Shown: piece after piece, positions 33,064 through 43,182 of the stretch
Layout: every line of letters starts with the position of its first letter
How positions within the stretch are numbered: the stretch's first letter is position 1
NCBI GenBank assembly: GCA_938006875.1
Contig: CALLMJ010000025.1
Coordinates: forward strand, 1-59,942
Length of the DNA stretch: 59,942 nucleotides
Reading direction: 5' to 3'
Source of the DNA: an uncultured Bacteroidia bacterium
GTDB lineage: Bacteria > Bacteroidota > Bacteroidia > J057 > CALLMJ01
Notes under the pieces: model-generated
What the model was told of the DNA's origin: nothing
Database searches by the model: none
What the model saw: the letters and a program-made list of their open reading frames with translations, nothing else
Made by a program: the position numbers and the translations under genes

Positions 33064-34404
33064 TTAAATTTTTAATTCCGATAAAACTTCACGCATTACT
33101 TTTATAGCTATATCGATTTCATTTTTTTGCATAATCAGTGCAGGTCTAAAACGAATAGATTTTTCAGCACAACCTAAAAATAAAACTCCTTTGCTCATTC
33201 CTAACTTAATAAATTGATTTCTTAATTCGGAGTTGGGTAAATCAAAAGCACACATAAAACCTCTTCCACGGATATTGGTTACTTTATGTTCTTTAGAAAC
33301 TTCTTGTAATTGTTGAATAAAGTATTCACCTGTTTTTGCTACGTGGTCAATTAAATGGTCATCATGAATAATTTGAAGAATTTGAGAGGCTCTTACCATA
33401 TCTACAAGATTACCACCCCAAGTGGAATTAATTCTTGAAGGAACTCTAAATACGTTCGTTTCAATTTCATCTACTTTTTTTCCTACTAAAATACCACAAA
33501 CTTGCATTTTTTTACCAAAGCAAACGATGTCTGGTCTTGCATTTTCACCGAAATGTTCATGGCACCAAAACTTTCCAGTTAGCCCTACACCCGTTTGAAC
33601 TTCATCATAAATTAACATACATTCATTTTCATCGGCTAAAACACGAAGTTTCTCAAAGAACTCTTTTCTGAAATGATTATCTCCACCTTCACCTTGAATG
33701 GGTTCAATAATAATTGCACAAATTTCATCAGGATTGGATTTAAAAGCCTGTTTAATTTGTTGAATAGCAATATTTTCACGTTTTAATAAATCTTCATAAC
33801 TTTCATCGGAATAAGGAAAAATAATTTTTGGATTAAGGACACGAGGCCAGTCTGTAAATTTAGCAAACAAATTAATTTTTGCAGGGTCTGTATTCGTTAA
33901 AGACATAGTATATCCCGAACGACCATGGAACGCCTCTTTAAAATGCAATACTTTAGTACCGACTTCTTTGGTATATCCTTTTTGGAAGTTTTTTTGTACT
34001 TTCCAATCCATTGCTACTTTCAAGGCATTTTCAACGGCTAATGAACCCCCTGCAATAAAAAAAGCATGAGGTAAATATTCAGGAATGCCAATTTTAGAAA
34101 AAGTATCAACAAATTGTGCGTATTGAGTGGTATAAATATCAGAATTCGAGGGATTCGTTAAAGCAGAAAGTAATAAATTATGTTTAAAACTTTCATCATT
34201 AACCATTTTTGGGTGGTTATAGCCTATTGGCAATGATGCAAAACACGTAAAAAAATCTAATAAAGTTCTCTCATTTTTTGAATCATAAATAAATACACCA
34301 TGACTTTTTTCTAAATCAAGTACTAAATCCCATCCATCTCTTAAAATATGTTTTTTTAAGGTTGCATCTACTTGTTTTGGGCTTATTGAAATTTGATATT
34401 CCAT
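33064..34404 (-). CDS. lat: L-lysine 6-transaminase (class III aminotransferase)
   Basis: AVENALK, FHGRSGYTMSLTNT, EPIQGEGGD, DEVQTG, FGKK, STWGG. Confidence 0.85.
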   Translation of the reverse strand: MEYQISISPKQVDATLKKHILRDGWDLVLDLEKSHGVFIYDSKNERTLLDFFTCFASLPIGYNHPKMVNDESFKHNLLLSALTNPSNSDIYTTQYAQFVDTFSKIGIPEYLPHAFFIAGGSLAVENALKVAMDWKVQKNFQKGYTKEVGTKVLHFKEAFHGRSGYTMSLTNTDPAKINLFAKFTDWPRVLNPKIIFPYSDESYEDLLKRENIAIQQIKQAFKSNPDEICAIIIEPIQGEGGDNHFRKEFFEKLRVLADENECMLIYDEVQTGVGLTGKFWCHEHFGENARPDIVCFGKKMQVCGILVGKKVDEIETNVFRVPSRINSTWGGNLVDMVRASQILQIIHDDHLIDHVAKTGEYFIQQLQEVSKEHKVTNIRGRGFMCAFDLPNSELRNQFIKLGMSKGVLFLGCAEKSIRFRPALIMQKNEIDIAIKVMREVLSELKI

Positions 34405-34477
34405 AACAATATGTTTAATGCAAAATTACAAAAAATGGTTTCTTAAAATCACGATTTGAAAAAAATTTTTTATAAAA

Positions 34478-35440
34478 CTAGGGTTTAATTTTTAGTTTAG
34501 CATATACAGGAACATGATCAGAAATTTGACGAATACTTTTTAAATCAGGAAAAACATTAGGAATATCTTGCGTTAAATCTATTCTATAAGACTCCACAAC
34601 CTCAATCCAAGGTCTTTTGCAATAAATATTATCATAATCGTTAGCATATTGCTGACCATTTGCAGGGTCAGGTTGCATTTTCAAAGTAGTTTTAATACGC
34701 CCATTTAAAGCAGGATGACAATCACCTTTTTTTAAAGCTTCAAATGCTGGCGAATTTTGAGCAGTATTAAAATCCCCCATTATCAATATTTTATCATTAG
34801 GGAATAAAGTATGGAGCCTTGCTAAAGCCTGTATTTCTTTTTCTGGACCTTTGGACTTAGGCACTGTATGAATATTCACCAAACTAATCATAGTGGTTAA
34901 ACCATTTCCTTTAATTTCGAATTTTTGGTAGAAAGGCTCACGGTCAATTTCTTCATCTAATTCTTTAATTAAGAAACCTTTTTGTTTGATACTTACATTT
35001 TTAGTTTTGAAAAGAAAAGCATAACGCTCAGTACCAGGACCATTTGTAGGGTCAGAGATTACATAATCCCATTTTGCACCGGTTCTATTGAGTTCATCTA
35101 CTAATCTTGCAATCGCTTGAGCACCTTTGGGTCCTGTAACCACTTCTTGAATAGCCACAATGTCTGCATTCCTTAATTTTTTTGCTATATAAGCAATTTC
35201 ATTATTATCTTTTGAACCTCCAAAATTAGCGATATTCCAAGAAATAATATTAATAGGTATTCCATCATTTTGAATAGGTTTAGATTTTTTTTTGTTATTT
35301 TGAGAATCATACTTTCTCTCTTCCTCTAAATTTACTGAATGAATTTGTTGTTCAATAACATTTTGAATTTGTTTTTGATTTCTTTCAGAACATGACCATA
35401 AAATTATCATCATGCAATAACATAAAAATTTTTTAACCAT
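34478..35440 (-). CDS. DNase I-like endonuclease/exonuclease/phosphatase lipoprotein
   Basis: Lipobox LWSC; SWNI, IQEV, GDFN, YDNI, SDHVPV motifs. Start moved to MVKKFL. Confidence 0.85.
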   Translation of the reverse strand: MVKKFLCYCMMIILWSCSERNQKQIQNVIEQQIHSVNLEEERKYDSQNNKKKSKPIQNDGIPINIISWNIANFGGSKDNNEIAYIAKKLRNADIVAIQEVVTGPKGAQAIARLVDELNRTGAKWDYVISDPTNGPGTERYAFLFKTKNVSIKQKGFLIKELDEEIDREPFYQKFEIKGNGLTTMISLVNIHTVPKSKGPEKEIQALARLHTLFPNDKILIMGDFNTAQNSPAFEALKKGDCHPALNGRIKTTLKMQPDPANGQQYANDYDNIYCKRPWIEVVESYRIDLTQDIPNVFPDLKSIRQISDHVPVYAKLKIKP

Positions 35441-35534
35441 AATATAGCCGATTTGTGCAAACTTAATGAAAAGGATTAAGTTTGTCAAGAATTTCTATGA
35501 AATAGAATTTAGAAAAAATTATTAATAATCCAAA

Positions 35535-35771
35535 CTAAACCAATTTTCCTACAACATTTAGGTTTTCAAACACGTAATCTGTGTGAGGTGCATCTTTAAG
35601 TTCATCGGTTAAATCTTGGCCAGCCCAATGTTCATAATGTTTACCATTTTTCCAGTAACGACTTTTGGTAACATCATAAATGAAACCTTTAAAAGCTATC
35701 CAAATTTCAGGCTTATCGGTTCCATTTCTTAAAGCCAATTGAAAAACAGTATATTGAGGTAAATTTTCCAT
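35535..35771 (-). CDS. Cytochrome b5-like heme-binding protein
   Basis: WIA..G.IYDVT..W..G.H..H.AG.DLT..L..APH, VGKL. Confidence 0.85.
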   Translation of the reverse strand: MENLPQYTVFQLALRNGTDKPEIWIAFKGFIYDVTKSRYWKNGKHYEHWAGQDLTDELKDAPHTDYVFENLNVVGKLV

Positions 35772-35772
35772 T

Positions 35773-36753
35773 TTATTGATTAATTAGTTTCCACAATTGG
35801 TCTTTAAGTTCTTCCAAATTATCTTGGGTAACAGAAGAAATAAAAATAGCATCAGGAAATTTTTTCTTTAATTTTTTTAACGTTTTATCATCTACTAAGT
35901 CGCATTTAGAAATAGCAACTAAATGGTTTTTAAAGTCTAGTTCCTCGTTGTATTGATGAAGTTCATTTTTGAGAATTTTAAGTTCCTTTGATGGATTTTC
36001 GGAGTTTGCGGGAATTAAAAATAGAAGCACTGCATTTCTTTCAATGTGTCTAAGGAATTGTAATCCGAGACCTTTTCCTTTATGTGCGCCTTCAATAATA
36101 CCGGGGATATCAGCGATAGCAAAAGAATGAAAATCTTTATATTTTACTATTCCTAAATTAGGCACCAAAGTAGTAAAAGGATAATCAGCAATCTCAGGTT
36201 TTGCGGAAGTTAAAACGGAAAGTAAAGTAGATTTACCTGCATTAGGAAACCCTACTAATCCAACATCTGCAAGAACTTTAAGTTCTAAAATAATTTTACG
36301 TTCTTTGGCAGCTTCTCCTTTAATAGCAAAATCAGGAGTTTGATTGGTGGAAGAACGAAAATGCCAATTTCCAAGCCCTCCACGCCCACCTTCAACAATA
36401 ACAATTTCTTGTTGGTCTTCTAAAATTTCGCCAATAATTTCTTCCGTATCTGCATCATAAATAATTGTCCCTAAAGGAACTTCCAAAATTTCATCTTTAC
36501 CGGATTTACCTTTTCTTTTAGCACCTTCACCATTTTTACCGTTCTCTGCTTGGATAAACTTTCTATATCTTAAATCCAAAAGTGTCCACATTTGAGAATT
36601 TCCTTTTGCAATGATGGAACCACCTTTTCCTCCATCACCACCATCGGGTCCACCCTTTTCCACAAATTTTTCTCTTCTCCATGAAACAACCCCATCTCCT
36701 CCTTTACCAGAGGTTAAGTATAAAATTACATGGTCAACAAAAGGACTTTTCAT
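35773..36753 (-). CDS. obgE: GTPase ObgE/CgtA
   Basis: GGPDGGDGG, GFPNAGKS, YPFTT, DIPG, LRHIER. Confidence 0.97.
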   Translation of the reverse strand: MKSPFVDHVILYLTSGKGGDGVVSWRREKFVEKGGPDGGDGGKGGSIIAKGNSQMWTLLDLRYRKFIQAENGKNGEGAKRKGKSGKDEILEVPLGTIIYDADTEEIIGEILEDQQEIVIVEGGRGGLGNWHFRSSTNQTPDFAIKGEAAKERKIILELKVLADVGLVGFPNAGKSTLLSVLTSAKPEIADYPFTTLVPNLGIVKYKDFHSFAIADIPGIIEGAHKGKGLGLQFLRHIERNAVLLFLIPANSENPSKELKILKNELHQYNEELDFKNHLVAISKCDLVDDKTLKKLKKKFPDAIFISSVTQDNLEELKDQLWKLINQ

Positions 36754-36822
36754 TTGACTGCAAATATAATAGATTTCTTCTGTATTAGTATAAAACCCAG
36801 CTTATGTTCTTATGTATGTTTA

Positions 36823-36956
36823 TACGAGAAGGATTCGGAGGGCACAAAGTGTCAAAAGATTGTGCTCATCGAAATATTGAAACGAATTGAAAGACGCTTC
36901 AGCAAGCTCAGTGTAAACGTAGCAACCCAACTCGAAGCGAATCAAGGGGCACGCCC
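36823..36956 (-). repeat. Dispersed repeat, copy B (between the divergent obgE and recN promoters)
   Basis: Minus strand reads GGGCGTGCCCCTTG..GGGTTGCTACGTTTACACTGAGCTTGCTGAAG..GTGCCCTCCGAATCC, sharing ends with copy C and the middle with copy A. Confidence 0.7.
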
Positions 36957-37024
36957 TAATCCCCAAAACAGAATTTTATGTAAAGTAACTTTACTTTTTA
37001 TGTTTTAAGATATATTTTTGCGTT

Positions 37025-38686
37025 ATGATTGAGAGGTTATGGATACAAAATTTTGCTTTGATTGAAAAATCAGAAGTAGAATTTGGTAAAGGTTTAAACA
37101 TTATTACAGGAGAAACAGGTGCAGGTAAATCCATTTTCATTGGTGCATTAAGTGCTTTAATGGGCAAAAAAACTGAAGCTGCGGCTATTTTAGACCCTGA
37201 TAAAAAATCTATTATTGAAGCCAAGTTTTTAATAAAACCTCAACAAATTCCTGATACTCTCTGGCAAGAACTAGATTCGCAACCTGAATCTGAATTGATT
37301 ATACGCAGAGAAATTTCTAATCATGGAAAAAGTCGTTATTTTGTGAATGATACACCTGTAAACCAAACTCTTCTGAAAGAATTGATGGAATATCTCGTAG
37401 AGCTTCATGGGCAACACGATGGTCAAAAAATTCTTTCTAAAGATTTTCAAATGGCTATTATTGACCAATACGGAAATCTACAATCCCTTGTTAATGAATA
37501 TCAAAATCAATTTCAAGAACTCAAATCCAAAGAAAATTTATACAAAGAAATTCAATCTAATGCAAAAAAAATTGAAGAAAGAAAAAATTTCCTTAAATTT
37601 CAATTACAAGATTTTGGTTTATATGAACTCATTGAAAATGAAGATGATGAATTGGAACAGCAACTAAAGATTCTAGAAAATGCAGAACTTATCAAAACTA
37701 CCCTAGAAAAAGCCTGTTGGGTTTTATATGAATCGGATAAATCTATTTATTCCAATTTGATTAATGTTGAAAAAGCCTTAGAAAAAATTGGTAATTTATC
37801 TTCCAAGATTTTATCTGAAAAACAAAAACTCACCGATGCAAGTGCTATTATCTCGGACGTTAGCCAAACTTTAAGAGATTTTTCCGATGAAATTGATTTA
37901 GATAGTTCCCAATTAGAAAAACTTAATGCAAAATGGGATTTTTATAATCGTCTCAAAAAGAAGTACAATGTTCTTAACATTAAAGAGTTAATTTCTATTC
38001 AACAAAACTATAAAAAAGAACTCAAACAATTAGAAAATTATGACCAAGATTTAAGTGAACTACAAATACAAATAGCTCAGCTGGAATTAAAAGTTCAGGA
38101 TATAGGGAATCAACTAGATGAAGAAAGAAAAAAAGTTGCTCAAGAGCTTCAAAACCGAATAAATGAATATTTAAAATCAGTAGCTTTACCGAATGCAAAA
38201 TTTCAAATTGAATTAGAAAAATTATCCCAACCTACTAAGAAAGGACTTTCTGAAATTCAATTTTTGGTAAGTACAAATATTGGTTTACCAGCGGGGTTAC
38301 TATCACAAATTGCATCAGGGGGAGAAATCTCTCGTATTTTATTAGCCATTAAAGCAGCTTTGGCAGAAAAAATGGAACTTTCCACTTTAATTTTTGATGA
38401 AATTGATACAGGTATAAGTGGAGAAGTAGCTTTAAAAGTAGGAAAGGTCATGAAACAATTAGCCCATAAATTCCAAGTAATTACTATTACCCATTTACCA
38501 CAAATGGCTAGCCGTTCAGGAGAACACTTTTTTATTTACAAAGAAATTATACAAGGAAAAACCTATTCCAGAATCAAGCAACTTAATGAAAATGAACGTA
38601 TTGAACAAATCGCAAAAATGCTTTACGGAGAAAATCCGCCATTATCAGCAATAGAAAATGCAAAAACTTTGTTACAAACCTTATAA
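37025..38686 (+). CDS. recN: DNA repair protein RecN
   Basis: TGETGAGKS, HGQH, ASGGE, IFDEIDTG, ITHLPQ. Confidence 0.97.
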   Translation: MIERLWIQNFALIEKSEVEFGKGLNIITGETGAGKSIFIGALSALMGKKTEAAAILDPDKKSIIEAKFLIKPQQIPDTLWQELDSQPESELIIRREISNHGKSRYFVNDTPVNQTLLKELMEYLVELHGQHDGQKILSKDFQMAIIDQYGNLQSLVNEYQNQFQELKSKENLYKEIQSNAKKIEERKNFLKFQLQDFGLYELIENEDDELEQQLKILENAELIKTTLEKACWVLYESDKSIYSNLINVEKALEKIGNLSSKILSEKQKLTDASAIISDVSQTLRDFSDEIDLDSSQLEKLNAKWDFYNRLKKKYNVLNIKELISIQQNYKKELKQLENYDQDLSELQIQIAQLELKVQDIGNQLDEERKKVAQELQNRINEYLKSVALPNAKFQIELEKLSQPTKKGLSEIQFLVSTNIGLPAGLLSQIASGGEISRILLAIKAALAEKMELSTLIFDEIDTGISGEVALKVGKVMKQLAHKFQVITITHLPQMASRSGEHFFIYKEIIQGKTYSRIKQLNENERIEQIAKMLYGENPPLSAIENAKTLLQTL

Positions 38687-38697
38687 ATAAAAACATT

Positions 38698-40047
38698 ATG
38701 TCAAAACTAAAAAAAATTATTCCCGGAAAATCGGTAGCTAATTTTATTAAAAATGAGTCAGCAGGTGGAATTGTATTATTTTTTGCCGTTTTAATTGCTA
38801 TGTTATGGGCAAATTCACCTTGGCACGAAAGTTATCATTGGGTTTGGGACCAATTTTTTATTATTTCATTTGGTGGGTTTGAGCTTAAAAATAATTTACA
38901 TCACTGGATTAATGACGGTTTAATGGCTGTATTTTTCTTTGTTGTAGGATTAGAACTCAAAAGAGAGATTTCCATTGGACAATTATCTTCCGTGAAACAA
39001 TCTATTTTACCCATTACTGCTGCGGCAGCTGGTATGGCAACACCTGCATTAATTTACCTTATATTTAATGGAAAAGCTCCTGAGTCTAATGGTTGGGGAA
39101 TTCCCACTGCCACCGATATTGCTTTTGCTTTAGGTGTTTTATCTTTAGCAGGTAACCGCGTTCCCCTTTCCATTAAAGTTTTTTTAACAGCTTTAGCTGT
39201 TGTAGATGACTTAGGAGCGGTAATTGTCATCGCTTTATTTTATACCTCAGAAATTTCTATGTTCAGCCTTTCATTAGGTGCCTTATTTTTAGCCATTTTA
39301 TTTTTAGGCAATTATCTTAAAATTCATAACACTTATTTTTATGCAGTTTTTGGAATTGGAGGTCTATGGACAGCATTTTTGCTTTCTGGTGTACATTCTA
39401 CGATTGCAGGAGTTTTAGCGGCATTTACTATCCCTATGAGAAACAGTATAGATGAAATCGATTTTGCAACAAAATTAAGAAAACTCATTGATAAATTTGA
39501 AGCTGATGATAACAATAACCTCTATTTACTTTCTAATCAACAAGTGCAAATTATTGATAATATCAATGAACTTACTTTACAAGCTTCTTCCCCTTTACAA
39601 AAATTAGAACATAATTTACACTCTTTAGTCGCATTTGTGATTATGCCTGTTTTTGCATTAGCCAATGCAGGAGTTCATATAGATTTTGCTCATGTCCCCG
39701 ATTTGATTTTTGCACCTATTTCCTTAGGAGTGATTTTTGGGCTCTTCATCGGAAAATTTTTAGGTATATTTACGATTTGTTGGTTGATGGTCAAATTAAA
39801 ATTGGCTAAATTACCAGAAAAATCCAAATGGGGGCACTTGGTGGGAGTTTCTGTGTTAGCAGGTATTGGATTTACTATGTCTATGTTTATTGCAGAATTA
39901 GCTTTTAAAGGAAATACTATATTTATTGAGGAAGCAAAAATTGGTATCATGTTAGCGTCCATTTTGGCTGGAGTTGTAGGAATATTGATTTTAAAACTTC
40001 AAAAACCACTTAAAGAAGAACCTGAAGGAATTTATGAAGTGGAATAA
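38698..40047 (+). CDS. nhaA: Na+/H+ antiporter NhaA
   Basis: WINDGLMA, GLELKRE, ATDIAFALG, LAVVDDLGA, GIGFTMS. Confidence 0.95.
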   Translation: MSKLKKIIPGKSVANFIKNESAGGIVLFFAVLIAMLWANSPWHESYHWVWDQFFIISFGGFELKNNLHHWINDGLMAVFFFVVGLELKREISIGQLSSVKQSILPITAAAAGMATPALIYLIFNGKAPESNGWGIPTATDIAFALGVLSLAGNRVPLSIKVFLTALAVVDDLGAVIVIALFYTSEISMFSLSLGALFLAILFLGNYLKIHNTYFYAVFGIGGLWTAFLLSGVHSTIAGVLAAFTIPMRNSIDEIDFATKLRKLIDKFEADDNNNLYLLSNQQVQIIDNINELTLQASSPLQKLEHNLHSLVAFVIMPVFALANAGVHIDFAHVPDLIFAPISLGVIFGLFIGKFLGIFTICWLMVKLKLAKLPEKSKWGHLVGVSVLAGIGFTMSMFIAELAFKGNTIFIEEAKIGIMLASILAGVVGILILKLQKPLKEEPEGIYEVE

Positions 40048-41929
40048 GCATAAGGGCATGCCTCTCACACTGAGCTTGCCTAAGTGGGCTTCGCTAACGC
40101 TACAGCATTTCGGTGGACTCAATATATCACAATCCTTTGGTTGCTCATACTTTGCTCCCAAAGGCAGTGCCACTTCGTGGTCAATGAGTACTAATGAATT
40201 GTGCTCTATCCATACCCCTCGCATTCTTGCATTTTTTTTACTCTTCTTTTCTCTTTCTTTGAACGCTCAAAATTATAGAATTGAAGAAAAAATTATCGTT
40301 TCTACTTATGCAGGTTCAGGAATTAAAGGTTTTGAGGATGGGCATAAAGATAAAGCCAGTTTAGAATCTCCTAACGGCATTAGCATAGATAAATTTGGTA
40401 ATTTATTTATTGCTGATAGTTACAATAACGCCATTCGCAAAGTAACCTCTCTTGGAGAACTCTACACTTTTGCAGGAAACGGTTTGGAAGGTTACAAAGA
40501 TGGTTTCGGAAAAAACGCAATGTTTCATTTTCCAACAGATGCTTACTCCGATAAAAATGGAAACATTTACGTAGCTGACTACTGGAACCACTGTATTCGT
40601 AAAATTACCTCCTACGGATTAGTAACCACCATTGCAGGCGTTCCCGGAAAAAAAGGTTATAAAAATGGAAAAGCCAAAGAAGCTCTCTTTAATAATCCTA
40701 TCGGAGTAATTGTAGATTATACCGACAACCTTTACGTTCTAGATACCAAAAATCATTGTATAAGAAAAATTAGTAATGATGGGGAAGTAACTACATTTGC
40801 TGGTAGTCCTAATCCCGGTTTTGTAGATGGAATTGGTACTGATGCTAAATTTTCAAGCCCTACTGGGCTTTGTGCTGACCGCTACGGTAATTTTTATTTA
40901 ATTGATACCGATAATCGTGCTGTCAGAAAAATCTATCCCGACCAACGTGTTGAAACTGTTTTAGACCATCATTTTTCTTATTTTAAAGATAGTACTCACG
41001 GAAGAAAACTACAATTTTTTAGTTCTGCGGAAGGTGGTGGAATTTGTTCAGGTCCAAGGGATATTTTTTATATCGCTGACGGTGCTTCTCATACCATCTA
41101 TAAAATTGATTTAGAGAAAAGAGTCATTTCAGTGATTGCTGGGACAGGAAAAATGGGTTACAAAAATGGGGAAGGGCATTTAGCTATGTTCGCTCAACCC
41201 GTTGAAATTACTATGGATCCTTCCAACAATATTTATGTAGCTGATTTTGGTAATCATGTTGTTCGGAAAATAGAATTTCAAAAAATCAAAATTGAAGACC
41301 CTCAAATTCCCAAAGAAGTTTCTTACTATCTATATGGTCAAATCTTAAATGCAGAAACCAAAGAAGCTATTCCAAACGTAAATATTGTACTTCAAAAATA
41401 TGAAGGTATTGACCTAATCAAAAAAAATTATTACTTTACACAGAACCAATATAAAATCCCTATTCATCAAGGTGTACATCAAATATTTGTAAAACAGCCA
41501 GGATTTATGCCTTTTCAAGCAGAAATTATAATTCAACCTAATCAAGATTTTCGATACAATATTGAATTAATACCTATTAAAGTAGGAGCAAAAGCCATTT
41601 TAAGAAATATTTACTTTGCACCCAACAGTGCTTCTTTGACTATTGACGCATTAGAAGGATTAGAAAAATTGGTTGAGTTTATGAAAGTTAATCCCAAAGT
41701 AGAAATTTTAATTGCAGGACACACGGATATAGGATCAACTCAAGAATATAATATTAAACTTTCAGAAGCAAGAGCTAAAGCCGTTAAAGATTATTTAATT
41801 CAAATGGGTATTGAACCTTTACGTATTGGACATAAAGGCTATGGAAATTCCAAACCTATTGCAGACAATAATTCTGCTGAAGGCAGAGCTTTGAATCGTA
41901 GAATAGAAATTGAAATCATCAAAATGTAA
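40034..41929 (+). CDS. NHL-repeat beta-propeller + carboxypeptidase-regulatory-like + OmpA C-terminal domain protein; repeat copy C lies in-frame in the N-terminus
   Basis: NHL repeats (GNLFIADSYN, NIYVADYWN, NIYVADFGN); OmpA_C motifs GHTD, LSEARA, NRRIE; hydrophobic h-region ending NAQ. Confidence 0.85.
   Translation: MKWNKHKGMPLTLSLPKWASLTLQHFGGLNISQSFGCSYFAPKGSATSWSMSTNELCSIHTPRILAFFLLFFSLSLNAQNYRIEEKIIVSTYAGSGIKGFEDGHKDKASLESPNGISIDKFGNLFIADSYNNAIRKVTSLGELYTFAGNGLEGYKDGFGKNAMFHFPTDAYSDKNGNIYVADYWNHCIRKITSYGLVTTIAGVPGKKGYKNGKAKEALFNNPIGVIVDYTDNLYVLDTKNHCIRKISNDGEVTTFAGSPNPGFVDGIGTDAKFSSPTGLCADRYGNFYLIDTDNRAVRKIYPDQRVETVLDHHFSYFKDSTHGRKLQFFSSAEGGGICSGPRDIFYIADGASHTIYKIDLEKRVISVIAGTGKMGYKNGEGHLAMFAQPVEITMDPSNNIYVADFGNHVVRKIEFQKIKIEDPQIPKEVSYYLYGQILNAETKEAIPNVNIVLQKYEGIDLIKKNYYFTQNQYKIPIHQGVHQIFVKQPGFMPFQAEIIIQPNQDFRYNIELIPIKVGAKAILRNIYFAPNSASLTIDALEGLEKLVEFMKVNPKVEILIAGHTDIGSTQEYNIKLSEARAKAVKDYLIQMGIEPLRIGHKGYGNSKPIADNNSAEGRALNRRIEIEIIKM
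40054..40223 (+). repeat. Dispersed repeat, copy C (inside the 40034 ORF)
   Basis: GGGCATGCCTCT..CACACTGAGCTTGCC..CAGCATTTCGGTGGACTCAATATATCACAAT..CAAAGGCAGTGCC..GTGCTCTATCCATACCCCTCGCA. Confidence 0.8.
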
Positions 41930-42077
41930 ACTAATAAACCTTAGAATTTATGAAGGTCACTTATTATTGTTTGTTCCTATAAAAAGAAAAGTAATTTTTC
42001 GTTTGAGATATAAGAATTTTTGAAGACTACATTCATAAAATCCAAAAAAGTTTATAAATGCTTGGTTCGCTATTTAA

Positions 42078-42109
42078 TTTGATTTTGAGTTAAATTTTTT
42101 ATAATTTTG
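42078..42109 (+). promoter_or_regulatory. Bacteroidota promoter for the lipoprotein-mscL genes
   Basis: TTTG (42078-42081), 20 nt spacer, TAATTTTG (42102-42109). Confidence 0.65.
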
Positions 42110-42126
42110 CCACGAAATACAAGAAA

Positions 42127-42654
42127 ATGTTAAGAAAATTTTTAATTACATGGGTTATTGGAATAACCGCTTTAATGGGTTGTAAAAAAGAAGATACTAC
42201 TCCCAGTAACAACAATAATAACAACAACAATACATCATCAGATAAAAGAGATATGGCGGTTGGAAAATACAATTGTAAACAATATGTTTATATAAAAGCT
42301 GGAGCCATGATGCAGTTAACCGATTCTTCGGCTTATGAAATTGAAATTAAAAAGCATGTTTCTGATACCACCAAAATAGAAATTTATAAAGATAACCAAA
42401 TCCTTCTTAATACTGCAAACGTAAAATATTTAACGGGTAATAATAAAATCATTACTTTTGATATACCTTCTCAAAACTATACCTATCAAGGAACTGCTCG
42501 TACATCTACAGGAGAACCCTATTTCTTTACAGGTAGTGGTTATACTCATGGTGGTTACGATGATAACATTAAAAAATGCCAATTTGCTATTATCCATGCA
42601 GCGGATAGCCCTAGTTTTTCGGTAGTTCACAGGTTTGATTGTAATAAAAAATAA
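42127..42654 (+). CDS. Hypothetical lipoprotein with poly-Asn linker
   Basis: Lipobox LMGC followed by KKED (resembles the Bacteroidota lipoprotein export signal); N8 tract. Confidence 0.75.
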   Translation: MLRKFLITWVIGITALMGCKKEDTTPSNNNNNNNNTSSDKRDMAVGKYNCKQYVYIKAGAMMQLTDSSAYEIEIKKHVSDTTKIEIYKDNQILLNTANVKYLTGNNKIITFDIPSQNYTYQGTARTSTGEPYFFTGSGYTHGGYDDNIKKCQFAIIHAADSPSFSVVHRFDCNKK

Positions 42655-42664
42655 TTTAAAAGTT

Positions 42665-43105
42665 ATGTCATTTATTAGTGAATTTAAAGAGTTTATTTCA
42701 AAAGGAAATGTATTAGATTTAGCTATAGGGGTGATTATTGGCGGAGCTTTTGGTAAAATTGTAAATTCTCTTGTTGCAGATATTTTAACTCCCCCTTTAG
42801 GACTCTTAATCGGTGGTGTTAAGTTTACAGAACTAAAACTCACTTTAAAACAAGCAGTTATGGATGGAGAAAAAGTAGTTTCAGAAGCCGTTACTGTGAA
42901 TTATGGTACATTTCTACAACATATATTTGATTTTTTGATTATTGCGTTTGCTATCTTTAATCTAATTAGATTTATTAATGCAATAAGAAAGCGTTTAGAA
43001 AAACAACAAAAGGAAGAAGAAGCCCAAGCTCCTGCTCCTGATCCAGAACCCACAAAAGAAGAAATTCTTTTGACAGAAATTAGAGACTTATTAAAAAATC
43101 GTTAA
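42665..43105 (+). CDS. mscL: Large-conductance mechanosensitive channel
   Basis: [37 protein letters not shown]. Confidence 0.97.
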   Translation: MSFISEFKEFISKGNVLDLAIGVIIGGAFGKIVNSLVADILTPPLGLLIGGVKFTELKLTLKQAVMDGEKVVSEAVTVNYGTFLQHIFDFLIIAFAIFNLIRFINAIRKRLEKQQKEEEAQAPAPDPEPTKEEILLTEIRDLLKNR

Positions 43106-43122
43106 TAGGATATTAAAATCTC

Positions 43123-43176
43123 AATCGTAAGAACCTGTTATAAATTTTTATTTCAAGTTCTTACGATTATCTTTTT
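43123..43176 (+). terminator. Stem-loop between mscL and yggS
   Basis: AATCGTAAGAAC / GTTCTTACGATT 12-bp stem followed by ATCTTTTT. Confidence 0.5.
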
Positions 43177-43182
43177 AAGAGT

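Noticed and set aside
36730-37008. 92-aa ORF between obgE and recN (also 39991-40224 and 46446-46649)
   Set aside because: Open frames produced by the repeat element, overlapping real genes or promoters.
42208-42231. AAC/AAT tract as a phase-variation site
   Set aside because: Mixed trinucleotide, in-frame poly-Asn linker; slippage would not shift the frame.
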